Shown here in pieces: positions 40,394 through 48,114 of a DNA stretch of 48,114 nt. Numbering within the stretch: position 1 is the first letter of the stretch; every line of letters begins with the position of its first letter. The stretch lies in contig CAZDUT010000001.1 of the NCBI GenBank assembly GCA_964508695.1, positions 1-48,114 on the forward strand, given 5' to 3'. Under the pieces are notes generated by a model, which saw nothing but the letters and a program-made list of their open reading frames with translations, made no database searches and was not told the DNA's origin. A program made the translations under genes and the position numbers. The stretch comes from an uncultured Alteromonas sp. (GTDB lineage: Bacteria; Pseudomonadota; Gammaproteobacteria; Enterobacterales; Alteromonadaceae).

Positions 40394-43036
40394 GTGAAGT
40401 ACTTTAAACCCCTCATTTTACTAATTTTACTCGGCGTTATTTTCGGCGGCGCAACGCTGGTTGGTATTTATTTTTATATCAAACCCGAGCTACCCAGTGT
40501 CACTGTTCTGAAGGATGTGAGGCTGCAAACGCCTATGCGCATCTATACTCAGGACGGAAAATTGATCTCTCAGTATGGAGTTAAACGGCGGATCCCGGTA
40601 AAACTTGAGGATGTACCTGTCGAACTTATCCGGGCTGTGTTGGCCACGGAAGATAGCCGCTTTTACGAACACAATGGTATTGACCCGATTGGGATTGGCC
40701 GGGCGGCCATTAGTTTGTTGGTGACCGGCGAAAAACGTCAGGGCGCAAGTACGCTGACAATGCAGCTGGCTCGCGGCTTTTTCCTTTCCCGTGAAAAAAC
40801 CTACATTCGTAAAATCAAAGAAATTTTTATCGCCTGGCACATGGAACAGGTGTTGTCCAAAGACGAAATTCTCGAGCTTTACCTTAATAAAATTGAGCTT
40901 GGCCACCGTGCCTTCGGATTTGGTGCGGCAGCGCAGGTGTATTACGGCACCACGCTGGATAAACTCACCCTGGCGCAAATCGCGACCATTGCGGGCCTGC
41001 CGAAAGCGCCCTCGGTACTCAATCCCATCAGCGGACCAGAGGAGTCGGTAGCGCGACGCAGAGTTGTTTTGCTGCGTATGCTCGATGAGGGTTATATCAC
41101 GAAAGCGCAGCAACAGGAGGCGGCTGCCGCACCGGTCACTGCGCGCAAGCACGGTGCTGAAATTGAGGTCGATGCCCCGTATCTGGCCGATCTTATTCAT
41201 ACCGAGATGGTCGAAATTTACGGTAAGGAAGAGGCTGAAACCGGTGGTTATCAGGTGTATGCAACAGCGTCTTCTGAATTACAACTGGCGGCGCAACGTG
41301 CGGTGGTGAGAAACCTCCACGATTACGATGAACGCCATGGTTACCGCGGCCCATTGGGCTATCTGTGGAACCAGCCCGCGAAAGACGCTGACAATGCGTC
41401 AGACAAGGGAAGTGATAAACCACAAACGACCGTCATTGCCGATACACAGCGCCAGACACCGCCCGAAAAAGCAGAAATACGTGAGGCGCTAGGCGATGTG
41501 CCGGCCTACCACCCGCTGGTTCCGGCTGTGGTTATGGAAGTTGCAGAACAAAGCATTCAGGTTATTGATGCGGGCGGCAATGAGCGGCAGATTGGCTGGG
41601 AGGGTCTTGACTGGGCACGCCAGTACATTACCGATAACCGCCAGGGCAATGAACCTCAGGTCGCAGCCGATATTTTACGCGAAGGTGCGGTCATTTATAT
41701 TCGTCGCCAGCAACAGCAGTGGCGGTTAGCCCAGTTGCCGGAAGTCAGCGGCGCACTGATTGCACTTAACCCGCAAAATGGCGCTGTCGAGGCCGTCGTC
41801 GGTGGCTATAGCTTTTATGAAAGTCAGTTCAACCGCGCCACTCAGGCCGAGCGTCAGGTGGGCTCGAACATTAAGCCGTTTGTTTACTCTGGCGCACTGG
41901 AGCATGGCTATACGCTGGCTTCCATCGTCAACGATGCGCCCATCAACCATTGGGATGAGGCTTCCGGTACCGCCTGGCGCCCACAAAACTCGCCGCCGGA
42001 GTACGACGGTCCGATCCGCATGCGAAAAGCCTTAGGCAAGTCCAAAAACGTAGTGTCGGTGCGCCTGCTGCGTGGTGTCGGCCTGGAACAAACCGTCGAA
42101 CACATCAGCAAGTTTGGTTTTAATCGCGATGATATACCACTGGATGAAACCGTCTCCCTGGGATCCAGCTCGCACACGCCGCTTGAGGTAGTACGTGGCT
42201 TCTCGGTGATTGCCAATGGCGGCTTTCTGGTAACGCCCCACTATATTGATAAAGTACTCAATGAGAGCAATGAACTGCTGTGGGCAACGGAGCCGGTGTG
42301 GGCATGTGATCCCTGCGACAAGGACAAGACTGAAACCGACGTCGATATTGAACGACTGCTCGCCGAGGAACTCGACAGTACCACGGTATCTTCGCGCGGT
42401 GAGACCCCGGCAAAACGGTCAGCGCCACAGGTTATATCGTCACAAAATGCGTTTCTGGTTTCGGAAATGATGCGCACTGCGGTTCGCGCTAACGGTAGCT
42501 GGAATAATAAAACTTACTGGCTGGGCACCGGATGGCGTGCCCGCAACTTACTTGAGCGCACAGACATTCATGGTAAAACCGGTACGACCAACGATTCCCG
42601 CGATACTTGGTTTAGCGGTTTCCACCGGGATCTGGTTGCTACTGCCTGGGTCGGGTTCGATGACATGGGCCGGCAACTGGGTCGCTCAACCCGCAATCAG
42701 AATCTGATTAACCGTAATCCGGAGAAGTTTAACTGGATAGGCAATGCCATGATTGGCGGCGAGGATGGGGCAAAAGCTGCCGGGCCGGCGTGGATACGGT
42801 TTATGCAGGTTGCGCTGAATGATAAGCCTCATTCACCCATCGCGGTTCCCGATAATATTGTCCGGGTCCGTATTGATCGTACCAGTGGTAAGTTGACCCG
42901 GCGGACAGACCATACGACACTATTCGAGTATTTCCTGCAGGGAACTGAACCAACGGTTTATGTGCGTGACGATGAGGTGGTTGATCCAGCTGCCCAGGAC
43001 GATGCTACTACCCCTGAGCCAGAAGAAATATTTTAA
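40394..43036 (+). CDS. mrcA: Penicillin-binding protein 1A
   Basis: Transglycosylase motifs EDSRFYEHNG, GASTLTMQL, RKIKE; transpeptidase motifs SNIK, SKN, KTG. Confidence 0.96.
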   Translation: MKYFKPLILLILLGVIFGGATLVGIYFYIKPELPSVTVLKDVRLQTPMRIYTQDGKLISQYGVKRRIPVKLEDVPVELIRAVLATEDSRFYEHNGIDPIGIGRAAISLLVTGEKRQGASTLTMQLARGFFLSREKTYIRKIKEIFIAWHMEQVLSKDEILELYLNKIELGHRAFGFGAAAQVYYGTTLDKLTLAQIATIAGLPKAPSVLNPISGPEESVARRRVVLLRMLDEGYITKAQQQEAAAAPVTARKHGAEIEVDAPYLADLIHTEMVEIYGKEEAETGGYQVYATASSELQLAAQRAVVRNLHDYDERHGYRGPLGYLWNQPAKDADNASDKGSDKPQTTVIADTQRQTPPEKAEIREALGDVPAYHPLVPAVVMEVAEQSIQVIDAGGNERQIGWEGLDWARQYITDNRQGNEPQVAADILREGAVIYIRRQQQQWRLAQLPEVSGALIALNPQNGAVEAVVGGYSFYESQFNRATQAERQVGSNIKPFVYSGALEHGYTLASIVNDAPINHWDEASGTAWRPQNSPPEYDGPIRMRKALGKSKNVVSVRLLRGVGLEQTVEHISKFGFNRDDIPLDETVSLGSSSHTPLEVVRGFSVIANGGFLVTPHYIDKVLNESNELLWATEPVWACDPCDKDKTETDVDIERLLAEELDSTTVSSRGETPAKRSAPQVISSQNAFLVSEMMRTAVRANGSWNNKTYWLGTGWRARNLLERTDIHGKTGTTNDSRDTWFSGFHRDLVATAWVGFDDMGRQLGRSTRNQNLINRNPEKFNWIGNAMIGGEDGAKAAGPAWIRFMQVALNDKPHSPIAVPDNIVRVRIDRTSGKLTRRTDHTTLFEYFLQGTEPTVYVRDDEVVDPAAQDDATTPEPEEIF

Positions 43037-43038
43037 AC

Positions 43039-43064
43039 AAATGCGGGGTGTGCCCCGCATTTTT
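43039..43064 (+). terminator. Intrinsic terminator of mrcA
   Basis: AAATGCGGGG-TGTG-CCCCGCATTTTT. Confidence 0.88.
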
Positions 43065-43121
43065 AGTAGACCCCTGCAGATCGGGGCTATATTTGTCTAA
43101 GTCAAAAAAATCGGAAACCCA

Positions 43122-44813
43122 ATGTCTGACGATTCAAACCGGTATCTTTATATTCCGCATTCCGGACCCTCACTGTTAGAAACACCACTACTGAATAAAG
43201 GCAGTGCATTTACTGCCAGAGAACGGACAGCCTTTAATTTAACCGGTCTGCTACCGCCACGCTACGAGACGATTGAAGAACAGGTCGAGCGAGCGTACAT
43301 GCAGTACAGCAGCTTCGATGATGCGCTCAACAAGCACATCTATCTGAGGGCCATTCAGGACAACAACGAAACCCTGTTTTATCGATTGGTGCAAAAGCAC
43401 ATCGATGAAATGATGCCGATTATCTATACCCCGACAGTCGGGGATGCCTGCGAACAGTTTTCTGATATTTACCGCAGTTCTCGCGGTCTGTTTGTGTCGT
43501 GGGAAGAACGCCATCAGTTAGACGATATTGTGCGCAACGCCACCAAACGTAAAGTGAAGGTAATCGTTGTCACGGACGGCGAGCGTATTCTTGGCCTGGG
43601 TGATCAGGGCATTGGTGGCATGGGGATCCCCATCGGCAAGCTGTCACTGTACACCGCCTGTGGCGGCATCAGCCCGGCATACACATTGCCGGTGATGCTG
43701 GATGTGGGCACCAACAACGAAAAACTACTGAATGATCCTATGTATATGGGCGCCAGACACCCCCGTATTAGCCAGGAAGAGTATGACGAGTTTGTCGACA
43801 TGTTCATCAATGCTGTGAAGCGTCGCTGGCCAGATGTCATGATCCAGTTTGAGGATTTTGCACAGCCCAATGCGATGCCACTGCTGAACCGTTATCGCAA
43901 TGATGTATGTTGCTTCAACGACGACATTCAGGGGACGGCAGCTGTCACTCTGGGGACCATTCTGGCAGCCTGCCGGATGCGGTCGCAGAAGCTCTCAGAT
44001 ATGAAAGTGGTGTTTGTTGGGGCGGGCTCTGCCGGTTGTGGTATTGCGGAAATGCTGATCCAGCAAATGACCCATGAAGGGATGTCTGATCAGGCAGCGC
44101 GTCGACAGGTATATATGGTCGATCGCTTTGGGCTGTTGACGGAAGGTATGGGAGAGCTGCGTGACTTCCAGCAGAAGCTCTGGCAGCGTAAAGACGATTT
44201 GGCAGACTGGAGTTACAGTGGTGATTATCCCTCATTGCTGGATGTGGTGCACTGTGCCAAGCCGGATATTCTGATTGGGGTGTCAGGGCAGCCGGGCTTG
44301 TTTACTGAGCAGGTGGTACGCGCCATGGCGCAGCAGTGTGACACCCCCATTATTTTCCCACTGAGTAATCCGTCACGTCAGGTAGAAGCGCGACCCGAGC
44401 AGGTCATCGAGTGGACCGAAGGCAATGTCATTATCGCGACCGGCAGCCCGTTCAAGCCCGTCGAGTACGGCGACAATGTCTACCCTATTGCACAATGTAA
44501 TAACTCTTACATCTTCCCGGGAATTGGTTTGGGCGTGGTAGCGGCTAAAGCAAAACTGATCAGCGACGAGATGCTGATGGCGGCAAGTACGGCGCTGGCG
44601 AATGCTTCCCCTCTGGCAAATACCGGCACTGGCGCCTTGTTACCGCCGCTTACCAGTATTGCCGCACTGAGCAAAGAGATTGCTTATGCAGTGGGGAAAG
44701 TCGCGATGGAGCAGGAGTTAGCACTGGAAATGAGTGATGAGGCGTTCCGGGCGGCCATCGACCGCCATTTCTGGGAACCGGAGTATCGCCCATATAAAAG
44801 GGTAAGTATTTAA
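43122..44813 (+). CDS. maeA: NAD-dependent malic enzyme
   Basis: [49 protein letters not shown]. Confidence 0.96.
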   Translation: MSDDSNRYLYIPHSGPSLLETPLLNKGSAFTARERTAFNLTGLLPPRYETIEEQVERAYMQYSSFDDALNKHIYLRAIQDNNETLFYRLVQKHIDEMMPIIYTPTVGDACEQFSDIYRSSRGLFVSWEERHQLDDIVRNATKRKVKVIVVTDGERILGLGDQGIGGMGIPIGKLSLYTACGGISPAYTLPVMLDVGTNNEKLLNDPMYMGARHPRISQEEYDEFVDMFINAVKRRWPDVMIQFEDFAQPNAMPLLNRYRNDVCCFNDDIQGTAAVTLGTILAACRMRSQKLSDMKVVFVGAGSAGCGIAEMLIQQMTHEGMSDQAARRQVYMVDRFGLLTEGMGELRDFQQKLWQRKDDLADWSYSGDYPSLLDVVHCAKPDILIGVSGQPGLFTEQVVRAMAQQCDTPIIFPLSNPSRQVEARPEQVIEWTEGNVIIATGSPFKPVEYGDNVYPIAQCNNSYIFPGIGLGVVAAKAKLISDEMLMAASTALANASPLANTGTGALLPPLTSIAALSKEIAYAVGKVAMEQELALEMSDEAFRAAIDRHFWEPEYRPYKRVSI

Positions 44814-44823
44814 TAATAAAGCG

Positions 44824-44852
44824 AAAAAACGCCGACATTTGCCGGCGTTTTT
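44824..44852. terminator. Bidirectional terminator after maeA
   Basis: AAAAAACGCCG-ACATTTGC-CGGCGTTTTT. Confidence 0.88.
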
Positions 44853-44872
44853 GTCTGTGTCTGTCAATTGCG

Positions 44873-45106
44873 TCACTGTGCATAGCGGTCGCGCGGACCC
44901 ACTGTCTGACGCCCGCTCCGCCTGCACGTGAGCAAAATACTACGAAATCCCCCATCCTGCTTGTTCGTTATCATGCTGCCTGTTGCCTGTCGGCAACAGA
45001 GTTGCATGATGCTGCTTCCATTATTCCGCAAGTGATCATGTAAGTTTCTGAAAGTATTGTTTTTTGAATAATTGGCATAAAGGTTGTTAGATACGTTGTG
45101 CAACAT
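44873..45106 (-). CDS. Candidate small protein (77 aa), no recognisable family
   Basis: TAAGGA 6 nt before the ATG; stop lies 20 nt before a bidirectional terminator; no homology recognised, so it may be spurious. Confidence 0.3.
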   Translation of the reverse strand: MLHNVSNNLYANYSKNNTFRNLHDHLRNNGSSIMQLCCRQATGSMITNKQDGGFRSILLTCRRSGRQTVGPRDRYAQ

Positions 45107-45165
45107 GGTTTTTCCTTAACCATTCTTCATGCTTTGCGGGCAACGGACTGTCCGCCTTTTCTTAT
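45099..45165 (+). ncRNA. Candidate small RNA (about 65 nt; ends approximate)
   Basis: sigma54-like TTGGCATAAAGGTTGT at 45072-45087; hairpin ATGGTT-TTTCCTT-AACCAT; terminator-like GCGGGCA-ACGGAC-TGTCCGC followed by CTTTTCTTATTT. Confidence 0.4.
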
Positions 45166-45295
45166 TTATTCCACTTCTGCAAATTGTTGTGTTGCGCACC
45201 AGGGAAATGATCCTGTCCGCAATAGCGTCTTATTCATTAGGTGAAAGCATAATCACATTACGCCATGCGTTTCGCACGGCAGCGCAGGAGATAAG

Positions 45296-46183
45296 ATGAG
45301 TAACGACACCCAGTACACGCCTCCCGACGTCTGGAAATGGGAGAAAGAAGACGGCAGCAAGTTTTCCGGTACTAACCGGCCTGATGCTGGCGCGCGAAAC
45401 GTTAAGCCGCTACCGATTGGCGACCATCCGCTACAGCTTTATTCGCTTGCCACCCCTAATGGGCAGAAAGTAACGATAATGCTGGAAGAGCTGTTGGCTG
45501 CCGGCGTAAGTGACGCACAATATGACGCCTGGCTGATTGATATTGGCGAGGGTGATCAGTTCGATTCGGGCTTTGTGGAGATAAACCCTAATTCAAAAAT
45601 CCCTGCAATGGTTGACCACAGTGTGTCTCCCGCGTTGCCATTGTTCGAGTCAGGCTCAATTCTGCAATACCTGGCTGACAAATTTGGCATGTTGGTGCCG
45701 GACGAGCTGGCGGCAAAAACACAGTGTATGAACTGGTTGTTCTGGCAGGTTGGCTCGGCGCCTTATGTGGGAGGCGGCTTCGGTCATTTTTACAGCTACG
45801 CGCCGTATCCGATGGAATATCCTATCAACCGTTTTACCATGGAAACCAAACGCCAGCTGGATGTACTGGATAAGCATCTGGCGGTGAATACCTATATGGC
45901 GGGCGAGACGTATTCCATTGCCGATATCGCCATTTGGCCGTGGTACGGCAATTTGGTCCTGGGGCGTCTGTACGATGCGGCGACATTCCTTCAGGTGGAT
46001 GACTATGAAAATGTAAAGCGCTGGGCTGAAATGATTGACGCACGGCCTGCCGTGGTCCGGGGACGCATCGTTAACCGTACCTGGGGGGAAGATGGCCAGC
46101 TGGAAAATCGCCATAGTGCGGCGGATATTGATAATGCGCTGAAAGCGGCAGGTGAGACTAGCCAGCCAGAGAAAGGTGACTGA
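45296..46183 (+). CDS. yghU: Glutathione-dependent disulfide-bond oxidoreductase (Nu-class GST)
   Basis: YTPPDVWKW, LQLYSLATPNGQKV, INPNSKIP, FESGSIL, GGGFGHFY. Confidence 0.93.
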   Translation: MSNDTQYTPPDVWKWEKEDGSKFSGTNRPDAGARNVKPLPIGDHPLQLYSLATPNGQKVTIMLEELLAAGVSDAQYDAWLIDIGEGDQFDSGFVEINPNSKIPAMVDHSVSPALPLFESGSILQYLADKFGMLVPDELAAKTQCMNWLFWQVGSAPYVGGGFGHFYSYAPYPMEYPINRFTMETKRQLDVLDKHLAVNTYMAGETYSIADIAIWPWYGNLVLGRLYDAATFLQVDDYENVKRWAEMIDARPAVVRGRIVNRTWGEDGQLENRHSAADIDNALKAAGETSQPEKGD

Positions 46184-46199
46184 GTCAGAAGACAATGTT

Positions 46200-46229
46200 T
46201 GGTCAGGTCCGGCTATCCAGACCTGACCA
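46200..46229. terminator. Hairpin between convergent yghU and hydrolase genes
   Basis: TGGTCAGGTC-N10-GACCTGACCA; no strong U tract. Confidence 0.55.
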
Positions 46230-46265
46230 GGCTTTCTGTGATGAAAAGCCCGGCGTGTAATACCG

Positions 46266-47117
46266 TTACAAAAACGTTGAAAGGTAATCGCTAATCAGCG
46301 GCCACAACACCTTGCTCCGGCGGGAGAAAAAGCCCATGTGGCCGATTTCTTTGAGACCGTAATCGGCGGGTTTCAGACACGCTACCTCTGCCTTCATATT
46401 TTTGAAGACACGCAACATGTCGTGCACATTAGCCAGATTAGCAATGTTGTCATCCTCGGCAATAATCCATTTTGACGGAAAGCGGATCGCGTCGTAATAA
46501 TGGTTTTTTACTTCACGCCCGAAGGCGGTCTGTACGTAGCCCTGACCATTACACCATTGTTGCCATTGCTTGGCGACGCCCTTAGGCAGCGGCTCGCCCA
46601 TTCCTACGAGGTGTGCTTTGGTGTGGCCGAACAACAGGTTATTAAGTGGAATATAAACATTCATAAAGAAATGCGCGGGCAGCAGATAACCGGCCCGCAT
46701 GTTACTCAGCCGACCTGATGAACTGCCAAAATTGCACATTGCGGTCAACATCCCGGCATTGCGCATCAGGCCCACCAGTTGCCCGCCGGCGCTGTGCCCT
46801 ACCAGGAAGCAGGGTAACTGAGGGTAACGTGAGCGCAGTTCATCTAGTACCGCAGGCATATCTTTTTCGCCCCAGCAGACCAGACTGGCGTCACAGCGTT
46901 TAACACTGCCCGACAACGACTCACCGATGCCGCGATTGTCGTAAGTGATCACAGCAAATCCCTGGTCATGCAGATAACTGGCAAAGTGTGTGTAGAACTG
47001 GCGGCGGATGCCGGTAGCCGGGCCTATCATCACGGCTGCAATGGGGTCTTCGGGAAGATAGAGAGTGGCGGCGAGAGAGACGCCGTCGTTGCAGGTAATA
47101 GAGATATCTTGTTGCAT
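46266..47117 (-). CDS. Alpha/beta hydrolase (COG4757-like)
   Basis: Nucleophile elbow GHSAGG, YDNRGIG, Asp in EDDNIA, His in IGHMGFF. Start moved to ATG 47117 with AGGA RBS. Confidence 0.88.
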   Translation of the reverse strand: MQQDISITCNDGVSLAATLYLPEDPIAAVMIGPATGIRRQFYTHFASYLHDQGFAVITYDNRGIGESLSGSVKRCDASLVCWGEKDMPAVLDELRSRYPQLPCFLVGHSAGGQLVGLMRNAGMLTAMCNFGSSSGRLSNMRAGYLLPAHFFMNVYIPLNNLLFGHTKAHLVGMGEPLPKGVAKQWQQWCNGQGYVQTAFGREVKNHYYDAIRFPSKWIIAEDDNIANLANVHDMLRVFKNMKAEVACLKPADYGLKEIGHMGFFSRRSKVLWPLISDYLSTFL

Positions 47118-47131
47118 AGCGATGTCCTGGA

Positions 47132-47148
47132 CTCTGGTCCTACCAGTA
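47132..47148. promoter_or_regulatory. FadR-like operator
   Basis: CTCTGGTCCTACCAGTA (minus strand TACTGGTAGGACCAGAG) versus consensus AACTGGTCNGACCAGTT, 14 nt upstream of the hydrolase ATG. Confidence 0.65.
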
Positions 47149-47200
47149 AAGCGAACACGAGGCAAAGATGCAAGCCTTTGCCCCCGTAAGTCACAGCTTT

Positions 47201-47224
47201 GCATTGCAGCATTGCAGCATTGCC
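47201..47224. repeat. Short tandem repeat, (GCATTGCA) x about 3
   Basis: GCATTGCA GCATTGCA GCATTGCC. Confidence 0.7.
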
Positions 47225-47439
47225 GGAGTTGTCTGTTCATCCGGCGCTAAGCATTGAATATGTTCTTTGATGAGCCTGCCTCAGTCCGGTTACTTTTTCA
47301 AAAATAGGGGGGGAGGCCCTGCCCGCACTTTTGCGCAGGCCTTTGAGTATCACCTATCTCGTTCCCTCCACGGGTAGCAGGGACAACCAAAGCTCAAGTG
47401 TCAACATTAACTTTAAGGATTCTAGGTAGTTAGCCATGT

Positions 47440-47468
47440 TTGGCGATTTTTAACACTATTGCTAGACT
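47440..47468 (+). promoter_or_regulatory. Putative sigma70/sigmaS promoter of the DUF2165 gene
   Basis: TTGGCG-N17-TAGACT with TGC preceding the -10. Confidence 0.45.
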
Positions 47469-47574
47469 ACATTTTGAACACTCCGTGGAGCCAGTGTAGT
47501 GAGTTATCTGCCGCTATGCGATGACGGCCTGCGTGATCAGAAGTAAGGATAAAATAATCAACAAGGAGTCATTA

Positions 47575-48087
47575 ATGCTACACAGACGCTATATAAAAAG
47601 TGGGCTGGCACTTATTACTGGTCTTTTCGCTCTCGTACTTGTACTGCAGAATCTGATGAACATGGAAGCTGCTCACAGTGCACTGCACTACGTGGTCAGC
47701 AACCAGGAACACAATTATTACCCCAACAGTTTATTTCCCACCATTAACAGTACTGCGGTGTCCTGGGCACTCATTTACTTTGTCTGCTGCATGGAACTGG
47801 CCGCGGGACTGATAACGGTATTTGGTGGATTAGTGCTGTTTAAAAACGCCAGGTACAAAGTTGAAGCGTTTGAGAGTTCCGCGAAATGGGCTGAAATTGG
47901 CTGTTTTCTGGTGCTCGTAGTGTGGTATGGACTGTTTATGGTCGGCGGTGGCGCCGTATTTCAAATGTGGCAGACCGAGCTTGGCGCCGGCTCTTTTGGC
48001 GATGCATTCAAAATTGCCACACTGGCATTACTCAGCCTGTTGTATATCAGCAAGCCTGAGTTAAACGTGCAGAGTAAACACTTTTGA
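47575..48087 (+). CDS. DUF2165-like small integral membrane protein
   Basis: About 4 TM helices, GGAVFQMWQT motif; start at ATG 47575 with AAGGAG RBS. Confidence 0.75.
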   Translation: MLHRRYIKSGLALITGLFALVLVLQNLMNMEAAHSALHYVVSNQEHNYYPNSLFPTINSTAVSWALIYFVCCMELAAGLITVFGGLVLFKNARYKVEAFESSAKWAEIGCFLVLVVWYGLFMVGGGAVFQMWQTELGAGSFGDAFKIATLALLSLLYISKPELNVQSKHF

Positions 48088-48114
48088 ATTGCGCTGATAG
48101 TTGTACAGTTCTTT

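Noticed and set aside
44853-45295. CsrB-like RNA on the minus strand
   Set aside because: About ten GGA motifs in roughly 440 nt is near chance, and they are not arranged as repeated CAGGA hairpins.
47300-47470. G7 tract as a phase-variation site, and a yybP-ykoY-like riboswitch
   Set aside because: Seven G's is short and not in an evident promoter spacer or ORF; the GGGGAGTAG...GAGACC core of yybP-ykoY is absent.

Overview
Mostly core chromosome of a marine gammaproteobacterium. Gene content and order suggest Alteromonadaceae (Alteromonas/Salinimonas-like); this is an inference. Order: glnK-amtB, ggt, a Dyp-family heme protein, a pyrB-hemL-class III cyclase run, a TetR regulator divergent from an RND pair, a DUF2982-like gene, a large hybrid sensor kinase, parC, a stand-alone H-NOX, astC-astA-astD-DUF1338, an HDOD protein, the pilMNOPQ-aroK-aroB-damX-dam-rpe-trpS-pabA backbone (broken between dam and rpe by a TorF porin and two small genes, gph absent), mrcA, maeA, yghU, an alpha/beta hydrolase and a DUF2165 protein. 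I saw no rRNA, tRNA, CRISPR array, IS or prophage gene. Best leads: (1) a candidate sigma54-type small RNA with an anti-SD loop, antisense to the RBS of an unassigned 77-codon ORF between maeA and yghU; (2) a Dyp protein with both distal catalytic residues replaced, facing a sensor-less cyclase downstream of hemL; (3) a kinase joining a LadS/RetS-type 7TMR-DISM input to a BarA/GacS-type core; (4) an orphan H-NOX; (5) readable regulatory sites (NtrC/sigma54 at torF, sigma28 at HDOD, FadR at the hydrolase, paired ARG-like boxes at astC). All calls are by eye with no database searches, so novelty is unverified.
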